From: Lineus longissimus
Taxonomy: Eukaryota
DNA: 64,000 bases
NCBI RefSeq assembly: GCF_910592395.1
Contig: NC_088313.1
Location: 17,702,500 to 17,766,499, forward strand
Direction of reading: 5' to 3'
Part shown: piece by piece, positions 49,428-61,401 of the stretch
Numbering within the stretch: the first letter of the stretch is position 1
Layout: each line of letters starts with the position of its first letter
Notes under the pieces: generated by a model
Told to the model about the DNA's origin: nothing
Seen by the model: only the letters and a program-made list of their open reading frames with translations
Database searches by the model: none
Made by a program: the position numbers and the translations under genes

Positions 49428-52400
49428 TTAACCCTTTCAGCTCGAGTCTCGATTGGAGTCGAGACGAGTTTGAACCTTTTGATGGACGAGTCTCGACTCC
49501 AGGCGAGAGAGCCTCCCTCCCTCTAAAAGATCGTCGATGCTTCGTTTCAGTGTATATTCCGCCAATTAAACACACCCGCTGGGGAATCCCCACATTCCGG
49601 GAATACCTTTTCTATTCATAGCAACTCTGTTGCGCAATCCTGAAACTGGCAAAACGTGGTTGATTTGCTTCGAATTTTCTTGCATTTTGAGACGCCATTT
49701 ATACCAAAATGGCGAAATTGAAGACAGTTGATGATGTGGTTGATGAACTTATGGCAGACTCTGAATCAGACGATGGTGATTTGCCGAGTGATTTGGAGGA
49801 TTATTCTGACGAAGGTGACACTGTAGATCGTGTAGATTCAAAGCATGGCTCGCCTGTAGATATGCATGCTGCTGTAGGGGGTGGGACAGAGGACGAACTG
49901 TCTTCGTACCACACTGATTCTGAGCACACTCAGGCTGAAGATAGTGACTACTCACCAAGTGAAGGAGAAAGAGCTGATATGATGGACATGAGTCTAGCAG
50001 ATGATGAGTCTGATCCTTCAGATGATTTTGATATGAGTGGAAGTGCACCAGCTTCCCCAAGCCCATCACCAACTCCGTCTCCTCCACGTGGTCGAGGACG
50101 CGTTCGTACACGTGGGGGACGTGGTCGTGCCCATAGTCCTGTCAGAGCTCCAGTGCCTTTGTTACCAGCCCAGCCACAGGCACCACCCCCAGCCCCTGCT
50201 GTGCCTGCTCCAGGGCCACCCTTGCCCCAGAGAGGAGGTGGTGGCAGGAGAGGACGAGGACGTGGGAGGGGACGTGGACAGCAACCGGCTGCCCCCCAAC
50301 AGGCTGCAGGCCCTGTATGGCAAGATGATAATGGGGAAGTTCCAAATTGGCTTCCAAATTTGCAGAATCAACACCCAGCAGAGCCTGTGATGGATTGTAC
50401 AGACTTCACCCCTGTGGACTTCTTTCTTGCGGCATTCCCAGAACAAGCTCTCCAACTTATGTGCGATGAAACCAATCGTTATTATTCGCAATGGTACGAG
50501 AAAACAGAGGCTGCTGCCTTGAGGACAGGAATAAGACATTCTGGGGATGAAACTACGAAGAAGCAGTGGAAGGATGTTGATCTAGGGGAGATGAAAGCTT
50601 TCATTGCGATTCTTCTTATCATGGGCAACAATCTAAGGCCCACATACAAGGCATACTCAGGTCGACTGACTGGCTAACTCACATGGAGGGATTTAGAAAA
50701 GTGATGTCAAGAGACAGGTTCCTTCTAGTTCTAAGATTTCTGCATGTAGCAGACAACACTGGGGCTGTTCCTAGGGGGCAGCAAGGATTTGATCGCTGCT
50801 TCAAGATAAGGCAGTTCGCAAATGTGTTGGTTGACTCATGGAAGAGGATTGTCAATCCGGATAAGCATGTATCCGTCGATGAATGCATGGTTGCATTCAA
50901 AGGTCGTGTTGCAATGAGACAATATATGCCCAAAAAGCCAACAAAGTGGGGCATGAAGGCCTGGGTGCTGGCAGGCTCAAAGACAGGGTTCGTTTTTGAC
51001 TGGAAGCTGTACAGTGGAAAGGAGGGAGACAACGTAGAGAGGAATCTTGGGCGCAAAGTTGTCCTAGATCTTACAGATATGTTACCACCTGGACATGAGG
51101 TATATTTCGATAACTATTTCAACAGCTATGAGCTACTCCAGGTCCTTGAAGGAAGAGGATTAGGTGGTTGTGGTACACTGCGTTCAAACAGGACTGCAAA
51201 CCCTGCTGAAATCAAGATGTTCACAACAAAGCTGTCTGCAGCTAGGCTGCAGGCAATGTCACCGATTCTCAAACGCTGTGGCAATATTCTTGCATTGGGC
51301 TGGTATGACAAAAGACCAGTTAGTGTAATGAGCAATATTCACACTGCAGAGATGATGAACAAGAGAGTCAGAGATGCAAATACCCCAGGTGGCCACAGGA
51401 ACATTCGAAAGCCTATGGCAGTTGACCAGTACAATAAATACATGGGAGGAGTGGACTCATCTGATCAGCTCAATTCCTACAATCGCATGGTGAGGAAATC
51501 TCTCAAATGGTGGAAAAAAGTTCTCTTGCATCTGCTGGTCACTGCTGTTTCTAATGCATATGTCATGTACAGGATGGTGGTGCCTAAGGAGCAGCAGAAA
51601 CAAGGATACGAATTCAGAATTGAGGTTGCCAAGGAACTGGTCGTTGGATATGAACGTCGTCCTTCTGTACCGGGCCGTCCAAGTGTGAATCCTGCTCCAT
51701 TCAGGCTGACAGAGAGACACTTCATTGAGAAAGGAGATGGGAAAAAACCTGATTGTGTTGCATGCTGCCTAAGGAGAAACAACAAGTACGTACGAAGGAA
51801 GCAGACAGTGTACCGTTGCAAAAACTGCGTTCCCAAGGTTGCCCTCTGCATCATCCCTTGTTTCGAACTGTATCACACCCAGAAGGACTACAAGGCTAAA
51901 TATGAGGAGTATCTGAGGGCACAAGACCAAAACTAAGACTCTGACTGCAATAGAAAAGACAAGAACAAAGACATGTTAGGTAGAACAAAGTTTTATTGAA
52001 GGTTTGTTCCTGCGCGGACTGAAGACGAAAATTTTAGAATTTCACCTCAAATGGGACTCTTTGTCAAGGGTCCCATGTTGCTTTCTGGGGGTCAATAATG
52101 CAGACCTGACTAGTCCAGGGCAGGCACTTGTTTATTTTTACAAATGTACAATCATTTCTGTGGTTATATTTCATAGGGAAGCATTTATACCTTGGGATCT
52201 ACAATTTTGTCATTTTCAGGTTTTTCGAAAAAAAGTTGCGAGTTTTCAGGGACCTTCTATATACCCCCTAAAATTTTTTGGGGGTGATCTACCCCCTGGA
52301 AAGCTACATATTCTGAAAGATTAGGTAAAATGCTAAAAAAAACTCAATTGGTATTAGGCAATTGCTTGAATGCTTCCCACTGTAAATAGTGTTTGAAATT

Positions 52401-52488
52401 TTCATGTCGTTCATTTTTCTGGTACCTAAAAAATATCCAGTCCACAGTGACCATCAAACTGAAAAATATTCAGAGCTGAAAGGGTTAA
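49428..52488 (+). mobile_element. piggyBac-family DNA transposon with TTAA target-site duplications and 12-bp terminal inverted repeats, inserted in a CREBRF intron
   Basis: Left junction TTAA|CCCTTTCAGCTCGAG... at 49428-49431/49432. Right junction ...CAGAGCTGAAAGGG|TTAA at 52484/52485-52488. The TIR is CCCTTTCAGCTC. It encloses a piggyBac transposase ORF with a DDE core and a C-terminal Cys-rich domain. Confidence 0.85.
49709..51936 (+). pseudogene. piggyBac transposase, about 740 aa, split by a 2-bp frameshift at about 50658-50659
   Basis: Frame 1 ORF 49709-50677 reads ...DFFLAAFPEQALQLMCDETNRYYSQ...MKAFIAILLIMGNNLRPTYKAYS. Frame 2 ORF (ATG at 50683) reads ...RSTDWLTHMEGFRKVMSRDRFLLVLRFLHVADN...DECMVAFKGR...YFDNYFNSYELL...GTLRSNR... 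plus the C-terminal CxxC...CxxC domain. Deleting CA from tactCAggtcgactgactgg restores the canonical YWSTD junction. Confidence 0.8.
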
Positions 52489-52719
52489 CGATCCTGGGTG
52501 TCTGGGTTCACCAGGGCTAGAGAGAAACACAGAAATAATAATTACAGATATACAAATGTAGTAAGCAATTCCTTATATTGTCACACATGAAAAGATGCTT
52601 CAATGCTCGTTGAGTTATTATGGGGCCCAGGTTTCTCACAGATGCACACTGTAGGAAAAACCACATCTGTGTCAACACTACTAATACAGTAGAAGCTCTC
52701 TAAGACACCTTGGAGAATA

Positions 52720-53137
52720 CTTGACTTGCCAAACTCAGAAATGCAGCGCCACTCGCGGACAAAGATAGAACAACTCGACATTTTTTTCACCGGTTTTCGC
52801 TGCGCATGCGTACCAGCCATCCGGAAACTAATAATGGCGGCAATCTGAACGTGTTTTGTAAGTTTTTGAGAGTTCAAAAAGTTCTTTAAGGCTCATGATT
52901 TACGATAATTTAGCAATCTGATAACTATTACGTGTTAAGAAACAGACGTACCACAGTTATAACCAGTTTACCTGTGTAAATTTGCTTTCACTGCGTGTAG
53001 CACAGTTGTTTTTCTCGTCCGTTGCCGCGAAAGAGGACGGTTGGTACGCATGCGCAGCGAAAACCGGGGAAAAAAATGTCGAGTTGTTCTATCTTTGTCC
53101 GGCAGTGGCGCTGCATTTCTGAGTTTGGCAAGTCAAG
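52720..53137. repeat. Large foldback element with arms of about 100 bp and a spacer of about 225 bp, 50 bp upstream of a CREBRF exon
   Basis: Arm A at 52720-52815 is cttgacttgccaaactcagaaatgcagcgccactcgcggacaaagatagaacaactcgacatttttttcaccggttttcgctgcgcatgcgtacca. Arm B at 53042-53137 is its reverse complement with a few mismatches. The arms contain GCGCATGCGC. Confidence 0.75.
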
Positions 53138-53186
53138 TATTGACTAAACAAAGCTGTTGGTCAAAACTTGCATTTCCTAATTTCAG

Positions 53187-53309
53187 GGCAACTAATGCTT
53201 GTACTCCAAGGGATAAAGCAAGAATTGGCAGCTTGTGTGAAAAGTCCTGACAGGGCGAGGTCGGTAAAACTTACCGAGAAGTTGGATCAGCTTTACAAGG
53301 AAAATCTGA
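53187..53309 (+). CDS. CREBRF: CREBRF-like exon, downstream of the piggyBac insertion
   Basis: (G)QLMLVLQGIKQELAACVKSPDRARSVKLTEKLDQLYKENL. Human is NLLFVINSIKQEIVNRVQNPRDERGPNMGQKLEILIKDTL. Acceptor tttcag 53181-53186; donor ctga|gtaagt. Confidence 0.85.
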
Positions 53310-53683
53310 GTAAGTATAAGGCTAATTTGGACAGACTATTGTGTCTGTTCAGTAGCAAAACGTTGTGGGTGAATTTTCCTTTTTTTCATTCCCAAATAAA
53401 AGAAACCTTTCGTTTTTTAAGGGACTATTTGCTAATATGTCTTGAAAAACAATTACAGTGGGCAGCATGCCCTTGTATGATGCTGTGTAACCTGATTTCA
53501 TGCCATATAATATTGATAGTCCTTGCATGCATGAAGCGTTCTTCGTGCTGGTCAACCTTTCGGTTGGGTCATTTCTAGCCCAGCTATGTGGGATCCTTGT
53601 TAAAGACTTGTAGAGGTAAGAATGTCAGAAACAGAAAAGTAAAGGAACAAAGCTTTCAACGATGGTTAATTTACTTTTTCAGC

Positions 53684-53777
53684 GGACATGATCGCTGGCC
53701 ATTCCAGTCAATTTGTACAGTATGTGTTGGGTAAAGTCGCCAAAGGTGACCAGATTGGTGGTTTACGAATGAAGTGA
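53684..53777 (+). CDS. CREBRF: CREBRF-like terminal coding exon (stop TGA 53775-53777)
   Basis: (T)DMIAGHSSQFVQYVLGKVAKGDQIGGLRMK*. Human is GLPVAGQTSEFVNQVLEKTAEGNPTGGLVGLRIPTSKV*. Acceptor tttttcag. Confidence 0.85.
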
Positions 53778-55744
53778 ACTCCTATGACAGTCAGTGATGA
53801 ATCTCGCCATCGCATCCAAAAATCAGCGCCTTTGTGTTGGAACAGCGGGCTCTTACCAAAGTGGCTGCTTTGAACGTTTTGGATGGATTTGATTTCACAA
53901 AAGGAAGTGGTCCTTCTCAAGCTATGTCAAGTTTGTGCAAACTTCGACTTTCATGAGGAAGTTTAATATTGACAATTGATGTTTGGGAAGCGGGGACCAT
54001 CCACTTGCTGGTCCTGGAGGGCTGATGCATTGTCTGCTTAGAAGGAATCAGTCCTTGTGAGCTGTGGGAAGGATCTGCAGATGTCGGCTCCCTTGTGATG
54101 AATCAAATTAGTACCAGTCTCTGCTGCCCAAGCTGCTTCTGCTATCAGAATTGGTGGACACTTAATTTCCAAATTTTTCAACAGCCATTTCAGGAAGACA
54201 CAACAGACCATGAACTGACAGTCGCCACGAAAAAGACTTTAGGATGTCTTTGTTCTTATTATTCATTATTTATCAATTCCAGGATCAATGATAGCAGGCC
54301 ATGCTGCAGACTACGTCAATATGATAGTGGAAAAAGTAAAGAGTGGTGATCCTAACGGTGGACTTGACTTAATAGAAGATCATGTAGACGATCATGTAGA
54401 AATAGAATAAGATGGCGGCCATGTTTTGGTAACAGACAACATCGTCTGGCGACCTCCGCTTTAGACATTTCCAATAAACTGGGGATGCATGTATGGGAAT
54501 GTTTTTCTAGTGCAAAAAACTTAGGGGCAGGTAGTCTCCAAAGAAAGACACATTGCTCCGCAGCCCAACCAATTTTCAAATGTGGAGAAACCTCACAAGT
54601 GAAGTAAGTTTTGTGTTCTTTAGAAGCTGTCTAGAATCTTTTATGACTGCCTGGATGCACCTTGGAAGTTAAGACTAGGGTACATGTCCTTGGGACAAGT
54701 ACAAAATGTCAAAGTCTACTTCAAAAGTAATAGCCCTTTGGCCATGGTTCTACTTTATGTCAACATGTTATTCATCAGACGTGGGTTATATTACCATGAG
54801 GGATGATTTATTGAGCTTCGTGTCACCGGTATTAAAAAATGTGAGAGGTAGATTCTTTCAAACTTTTGATAGAATGTGGAAATGAAAGTGAAAATGTGAA
54901 ATGAATTTTATGGTCAAAAACCAAATTTTAATTGATTTCTACATGCCTGAGCATTTTATATTGCACTAGCCTATATGAGGTATCAATGGGACATGGTGAT
55001 ATCAAAACACCGTATATTATATAGTGGAGATCAGGTTGATTGAATACTTAGTGGAGTTCTATGGTTTTATTTTTTCATCAGACTTTTTTTTGTAAACTGT
55101 TGTATGTGTTTGAATTGGTTGTCGCTCTGTAATACTTTCCTTGAATTCATTCAAATATTGTTATGAATGTTCGAATAATCAATCGGTGTCCATAATCAAA
55201 CTTTTTGTCTATAAATCCGATGGGACAATTATGAAAATTGTAGTTTTGTGTCACATCTTCATGGTGTTAGTGGTCTTTATTTTTAGTGAGTAAAGTTGTA
55301 AATCTTGAACATCAGGATTTCTGAACGTTTTTTCTCTGTACAGTTGAAATACATTGTAAATATTCCATTCGTGACAATATTAATGAACATTATGTAAACG
55401 CCAATTTTTTATGTTGTCAACTAATGTCAGTTGTGTTGGTTAAAAGGAAATGTGTCCATGTGGGATGCACAAAGTATCTAGTCCAGAGCTCGGCAGCTAG
55501 CAGATGATTATACCATTGGGTATAAAGTGCCTTCCAATGCAATAGTTGATAATGCAGTCAAACAGTGTGAATTATACTGGGGGGTAGTAACAAAAATTGT
55601 TATTGAATTTAGAGCTGAGTGTCAACTTGGACATATAGCTCGATAAACAGTATTGGGTGATTATTATGTACCGGTAAGTAGGAGGAAACCGGAGACCCTG
55701 TAGGAAACCTAGGCTATTGCCTATCAAATAGAGTCGCCCTCTTT

Positions 55745-55830
55745 ATCACATGAGTGTAACGGAATCGAACCAGGGACCTCTAAAGGTGACAGGTACTGAT
55801 GTTTCCGCTGCACCACTCCGACAGCATGAC
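55745..55830 (-). other. tRNA-like fragment (probable SINE head or tRNA pseudogene)
   Basis: The reverse complement contains GGTCCCTGGTTCGATTCCG (T-arm-like) and a GTGGTGCAGCGG D-arm-like segment. The stems do not pair into a full cloverleaf. Confidence 0.25.
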
Positions 55831-58800
55831 TTCACTGATGAAAATATTCTCCTCATTCCAAATGTCCTTTGATGATGGCTCAAATTGCCATTTCGTGCCA
55901 ACCCACACACTCATTGTCATGCTTCTGACTTGTATTAATACTATTAACAGGGTGGTTCTCAAAGTTGTATTTCATAGTAAAATTCTGGCATTAAACAAAC
56001 AGAAGATCTTGTCAGATTCTCCATTTTCATGGTCGCAGAGTTGTCCTGGTTGCACAACGCAATTGTGTACAGCCAGGCATGCATTTTTCATTTCATCTGG
56101 CCTAATTCTTTTTACATGACAATCATATTTCGACAAAGAACGTACTTTAGAATAGTAATCATGGCAATTGGGAGTCGTCACTCTGGTTGAGACGTGTTTT
56201 GACAAGATGACAAGACTCCTTTATCTGAAAGGTAAGTTTGAAGTCGTACTAACAATAAAAAAGACGTGTTCACTGAACTATTGTAGGGAGAAAATAGGCC
56301 AGCTGCAATCTTTGTAGTGTTGTAAATAGTGTAAAAAGTGACTCGGAGCAATGTAAATATAAATGTAGATGTTGAATATAATACATGTCATTATGGTGTT
56401 GCATGCGTTTAAAATGTGGTTCATTTTCTAATGGAAATAATGGTGCTGATTGGTATTTTGAAGGAATTATTGGGGTTTTCTTGTGTATTTATAGAAGGCA
56501 CATCGTTAGCTCGAAAGCTGGACTTGCAGAGTTATTGTGTGTGTTTCTCGAAGTGAGCAGGACTCGGTGTGATATGGGGTCCTTCTGATAAGCCTTGTTT
56601 CAAACATGCTTTTGACCAATTTCTTCCTTTTTCTATTTCGTGTACTAACAATACTAAATGGTGAACTTGAAACGATGGGAGTTTGTTTTTGATCCTTTTC
56701 ATATGAAAGTGTGGTTTAAATAGTAGTTGATTTACGTTAAGATAATATCAAATTGTGATAAAAACCTCTTTCTTTTTGTATTGGATTCTAGACAGTTCAA
56801 CTTCAGGACAGTTCTGGTCTAAATTCTTCTGTGAGATGTGCGGTACCTTGAAACGTCTTGAATATTTACGAGAATGTGAAAATAAACACTATTAATGAGA
56901 AGAAAAAAATCTCAACATTTCTGAGGAGGCTCAATGAACCAGTAATATTTTTTATACTTTTTCATAAAAATTCAAAAGCAAAAATTTAACTTGTGTGTTT
57001 GTTCAATGAAGATGGAGTCACTGTTTCTAAAACCGATTGCATTTATTGAAAAATTATGTGACCTTGGGCGGCATCCATAATTATTTCACCTTTGTTGCAT
57101 AATTATCAGCTTGAGTTTGCAATCATGATCCTAACTGTAAAACTCCCAAATACATATCATAGATTCAGCTAAATGGGCCATAAAATGTCCGCTTACCTGA
57201 AACTTGATGAGATTGACCTACTAAAACTGAAAACAGATAATACAAATTACATGATCTGTCTATTGTGTCAGATTTTTCATACAGTTTTGTATAAACAGTG
57301 TATGATTTTGCTTCAGTCTCCTGGACTATAGTAAGTTAAGGTCAGTCTTGCTGTCCAGGTTTTTACCTACTGGTACTCTAAATAAAGCATGCTGTGATAT
57401 TAAGATTGTGACTGGTCCCTGCGAAAATTTCCAAGTCTGTGGACGTTCAGCATGTCAGTTCAATTAATTGGAAAAAGTATATAAAAAGGTTTTTTTACAT
57501 TTGTTGTCAGTGAGTGACATTCAAGGGGTAATATTTGTTCTCAGATATTATTATTGGGGATTAAAATTTGATATCTGTCCAGTACTTTCATAGAAAGTGG
57601 GTACTGCTTTAAAACTTAAAACAAGAATGGTAGACAAACTGTTTAATACATGTCCTACATGTAGGGTGCATTCTCTTGGTCTTAAAATGGGAACTTGGTC
57701 CAGTGAGGCAAATCAGTCTAGTTGGGTTGTTCTGTTGGCCTCAACGAATATCTTGATTGGGGATGGGGAAAAGGCTTTCTAGGGGATAAAACACCTCACG
57801 GTGATCTTCTGGCATAAATCTTGATTATTTCAATGACATCTTTGGCAAGATTTCTTTGGGGACATTTGCCAATCTAGCCCGGATGAGTGCTGCATCCCTG
57901 AGCTTTCGAGGGACCTGTCCTCTTGCATTTACCAAATTGCTCATGACTGCTTGACACAAATTACTAAATGACTGTGGTTGGGATAAAAGGGCCAAATTTC
58001 CAGTTCTGAATACTGCCTTCTATAAGCACAATTTGAGTTCCAATATCTAGTACATATCTTGAAAGTATACTGTTTAAAGATGGTAAACCCCCTCTTTTTG
58101 AATTTAGGTTCACCAGTACTGTACTCTTCATTTCTCTCTCATTTGAATGCAAGATAAGGGAGTTCTTTGCCGAACTATTTATATGAAATTTATAACTTTC
58201 TCGTCCCGTTTTCTATTAAAAATAAAATGCAGTTACATATAATTGTCAAATACTGTACCCTCCAATTTTGCAAGATTTTGACTCAAAGGAGCAAAAAGTA
58301 TTATTGAATTATATTTCTTTTAAAAATTTTTTTTTTTCGAACTTTGAAGGGGGCTTCACTTTTCTGAACAGTCAGTGAACATGTACAGTGCTATTGCTTG
58401 TTTTTACTCAGGGGAAGTTGAAGATGAGTGCGCTCGGATGTCTTTCATGTAATATATGTTGAAGATTGTAAAAATGGTTGTACATAGAGAATGTAAAGTT
58501 TTTGCTAGATGAAGGAGGATAAAATGCATATTTTTTTCACCCTGTGTGTTCCTTTTTTAGGGACTTGACATTGGCACCAAAATTGTTTCCATTTGATGTA
58601 AACCACTAAATGTCCATGCCTCTTTATTTGTGAAATTTCCAAAATATTCTAAGATTCAGCGAAGTGTTTTGCTTGATAACTGTACGCTAAAGACTGCTAC
58701 ACAAATTGTCTCTTTTAGTTCAAGTTTATCACTCGAGTAAAGTTGAGAATTGTTTTTATGGTGTTAATATACTACTTATGTGTCAGTTAGTAAAGTCATT

Positions 58801-59944
58801 GATCTCCTGGGGAAGAAGAATCTAAAATTTACTCATCCCAGCTCCCCCAGGAGAGGACAGGCAATGACAGCAGAAGCCATCTAAATCAAGCGAGAAAGCT
58901 AATTCTGTTGACGATAGTAGCCAGTGTTATTCTCAAGTCGCAGTTGACGACTACTAACCCTTTGGGGGCTATGACAACAACACTTCACTCGAACAATGTA
59001 CTGTACGTAGCTATCACATCTAGGTCACAGCGTGGGTAGAGCACAAAATGATCATATCTACACCTCGCCTTGTTTGAGAAAAGGTCATTTTCGAATGCCA
59101 TTGCTCATAGGAATGCTAACAGATGCTTATCATTTACCAGCTTATACAAATGTTAGATATCACTCAAGGTTATCTTCTTGGTCAGTGTTTACTTAGAAGG
59201 TCGGTAATGACTTAGAAGATGGCTGGAGGATAACAAAAAAATAGCAACAGGGAAATGATTGTTAAACCCAAGGAAAGATCTGGCAGAAGGTGAGGACCCC
59301 ACAGTCAAAAGTGTCCGGGAGAGTTTCATGGTTTCATGTAAATACAAAACATATTCACCCAAGTCTTTCAGCGATTTGATAATGCATTTTACTTGCAAAA
59401 TGATAGTCATTTTGTAAGTGGTGTCCAACTTTGGGACATATAATTCTTATTTTGTGCAAGTATTCAGCTGCTCTTTTGAAAACCGCAAATAAAATTCTAC
59501 GGAAAACCTGCCAAATGCTTAAATGACGACAAAAACTATATCTTTAAAAAGCTGATGTTAAAAAAGATACACTGTTGTCTCATATGTATGTGCTGGTGAC
59601 CAATTGATTTCTATTTCTAAACCCATTTTGTTGTTATTTTTTCCTTCTATTGTCACCTGTAAATAAATGGATGTAAATAAATATATATATTCATCATATC
59701 ATTTCGTCTTCATGTTCTTTTTGCTACTCTCTGTTGGAATTGAAATTGCTTATTAGCATGGTCCATGGAGCCCCATTTAGTGCCGTCGGACACGCATTTC
59801 ACATTGAGGGGCATTCCACACTTCTTGTAAAAGGAAACTTCGAATGCCTTTTCAAACTGGCAATGGGAGCTTCCATGATATGTCACTGTAATAATCCCCA
59901 ATCCCATCTTTGCTGACCGGACAAAGCATCCCGTGTTCATTCCC

Positions 59945-61075
59945 AGAGAGTGTTCTTATTCATGGCCCAGTTGACTAATGGTGAGAGTCCTTATTCATTC
60001 ATTGCCCCGTCTTCACTTACCAAGATAGTGCTCCTCATTCATTGCCGAGTCTTCACTGACAGGTTGTCCCTATTTATGGATGTGCCTTCACCAGCCATGA
60101 GGGTTGTCCTGGCATAGAAAGCCTTCTTCATTCATGGCTGTCATCATGGACTAAGTAGGTTGTCACCATTCATGGCTGTCGTCTTCACTGACATCAGAGA
60201 TAGGTTTCTTTGTTCATTGTCAAGTCGTTACTGACAATGTAGGTTGTCCCTATTTATGCCTCTACCTTCACTAGCCAAGAGGGTTGTCCTGGTAGAGAGA
60301 GCCTAAATCATTCATGGTTGTGATCATGGACCAAGTAGGTTGTCCTCATTCATGGCTGTCGTCTTCACTGACATCAGAGATAGGTTTCTTTGTTCATTGC
60401 CAAGTCGTTGCTAACAATGTAGGTTGTCCCTATTTATGACTCTACCTTCACTAGCCAAGAGGGTTGTCCTGACAGAGAAAGCCTTCCTCATTCATGGTTG
60501 TGATCATGGACTAAGCATGTTGTCCTCATTCATGGCTGTCGTCTTCACTGACATCAGAGATAGGTTTCTTTGTTCATTGCCAAGTCGTTACTGACAATGT
60601 AGGTTGTCCCTATTTATGCCTCCACCTTCACTAGCCAAGAGGGTTGTCCTGACAGAGAAAGCCTTCCTCATTCATGGTTGTGATCATGGACTAAGTAGGT
60701 TGTCCTCATTCATGGCTGTCGTCTTCACTGACATCAGAGACAGGTTTCTTTGTTCATTGCCAAGTAGTTACTAACAATGTAGGTTGTCCCTATTTATGAC
60801 TCTGCCTTCACTAGCCATGAGGGTTGTCCTGGCAGAGAAAGCCTTCTTCATTCATGGCTGTCGTCATGGACAAGGCAGGTTGTCCTCTTTCATGGCAGTG
60901 TAATACAACCGACAGTGGGGGGTTTGTCCTCATACATGGTTTGTCTTCGCTGACAGATATACATGTAGTGCTCTTTCATGGGGGGAGGCTGCAATGATAA
61001 TGCCAGGTGTCCTCATTTATGACTCTTCGCTGACCATGAGGGTTGTCCTGATTGCGAGAGTTGTCCTCATTCAAG
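59945..61075. repeat. Satellite with a unit of about 180 bp and about 6 copies
   Basis: tcatggctgtcgtcttcactgacatcagagataggtttctttgttcattg recurs at about 60170, 60350, 60530 and 60710. The ends of the array are diverged. Confidence 0.85.
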
Positions 61076-61219
61076 GTTGACAGTATGGACAATAGAAAAT
61101 GATTACTCCCAAAGAGGCTAACAAACTGACAAAACGCACTGGTCAGGCTCTATCACATAGCAGAAGGGAATTCCTGAGGGTCACTGCACAAAGGCAGATA
61201 CCCTGCTATCTAATGCAAG

Positions 61220-61401
61220 TACAGTGGAACCTCCCTAAGCGTACACCTCTCTATAAAGGACAACCTCTCTATTAAGGACACTAGACTTGGTCCCAAATTA
61301 GTTGTTTCCATTCAATTTGACCTCTCTAATCAGGACACCTTTCTATTAAGGACAGCACTCGTCAGTCCCGAGGGTGTCCTTAATAGAGAGGTTCTACTGT
61401 A
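61220..61401. mobile_element. Tc1/mariner-like MITE with TA-flanked CAGTGGAACCTC terminal inverted repeats
   Basis: Left end TA cagtggaacctccctaagcg. Right end ...gagaggttctactg TA, whose reverse complement is TA cagtagaacctctc. Internal cctctctattaagg / ccttaatagagagg inverted pair. No ORF. Related copy at 30696. Confidence 0.6.

Noticed and set aside
50640-50690. Reading the piggyBac transposase frame break as a short intron or programmed frameshift
   Set aside because: There is no room for an intron with GT..AG between the two conserved segments. Removing two bases (CA) restores the canonical YWSTD motif exactly, so a simple indel is the economical explanation.
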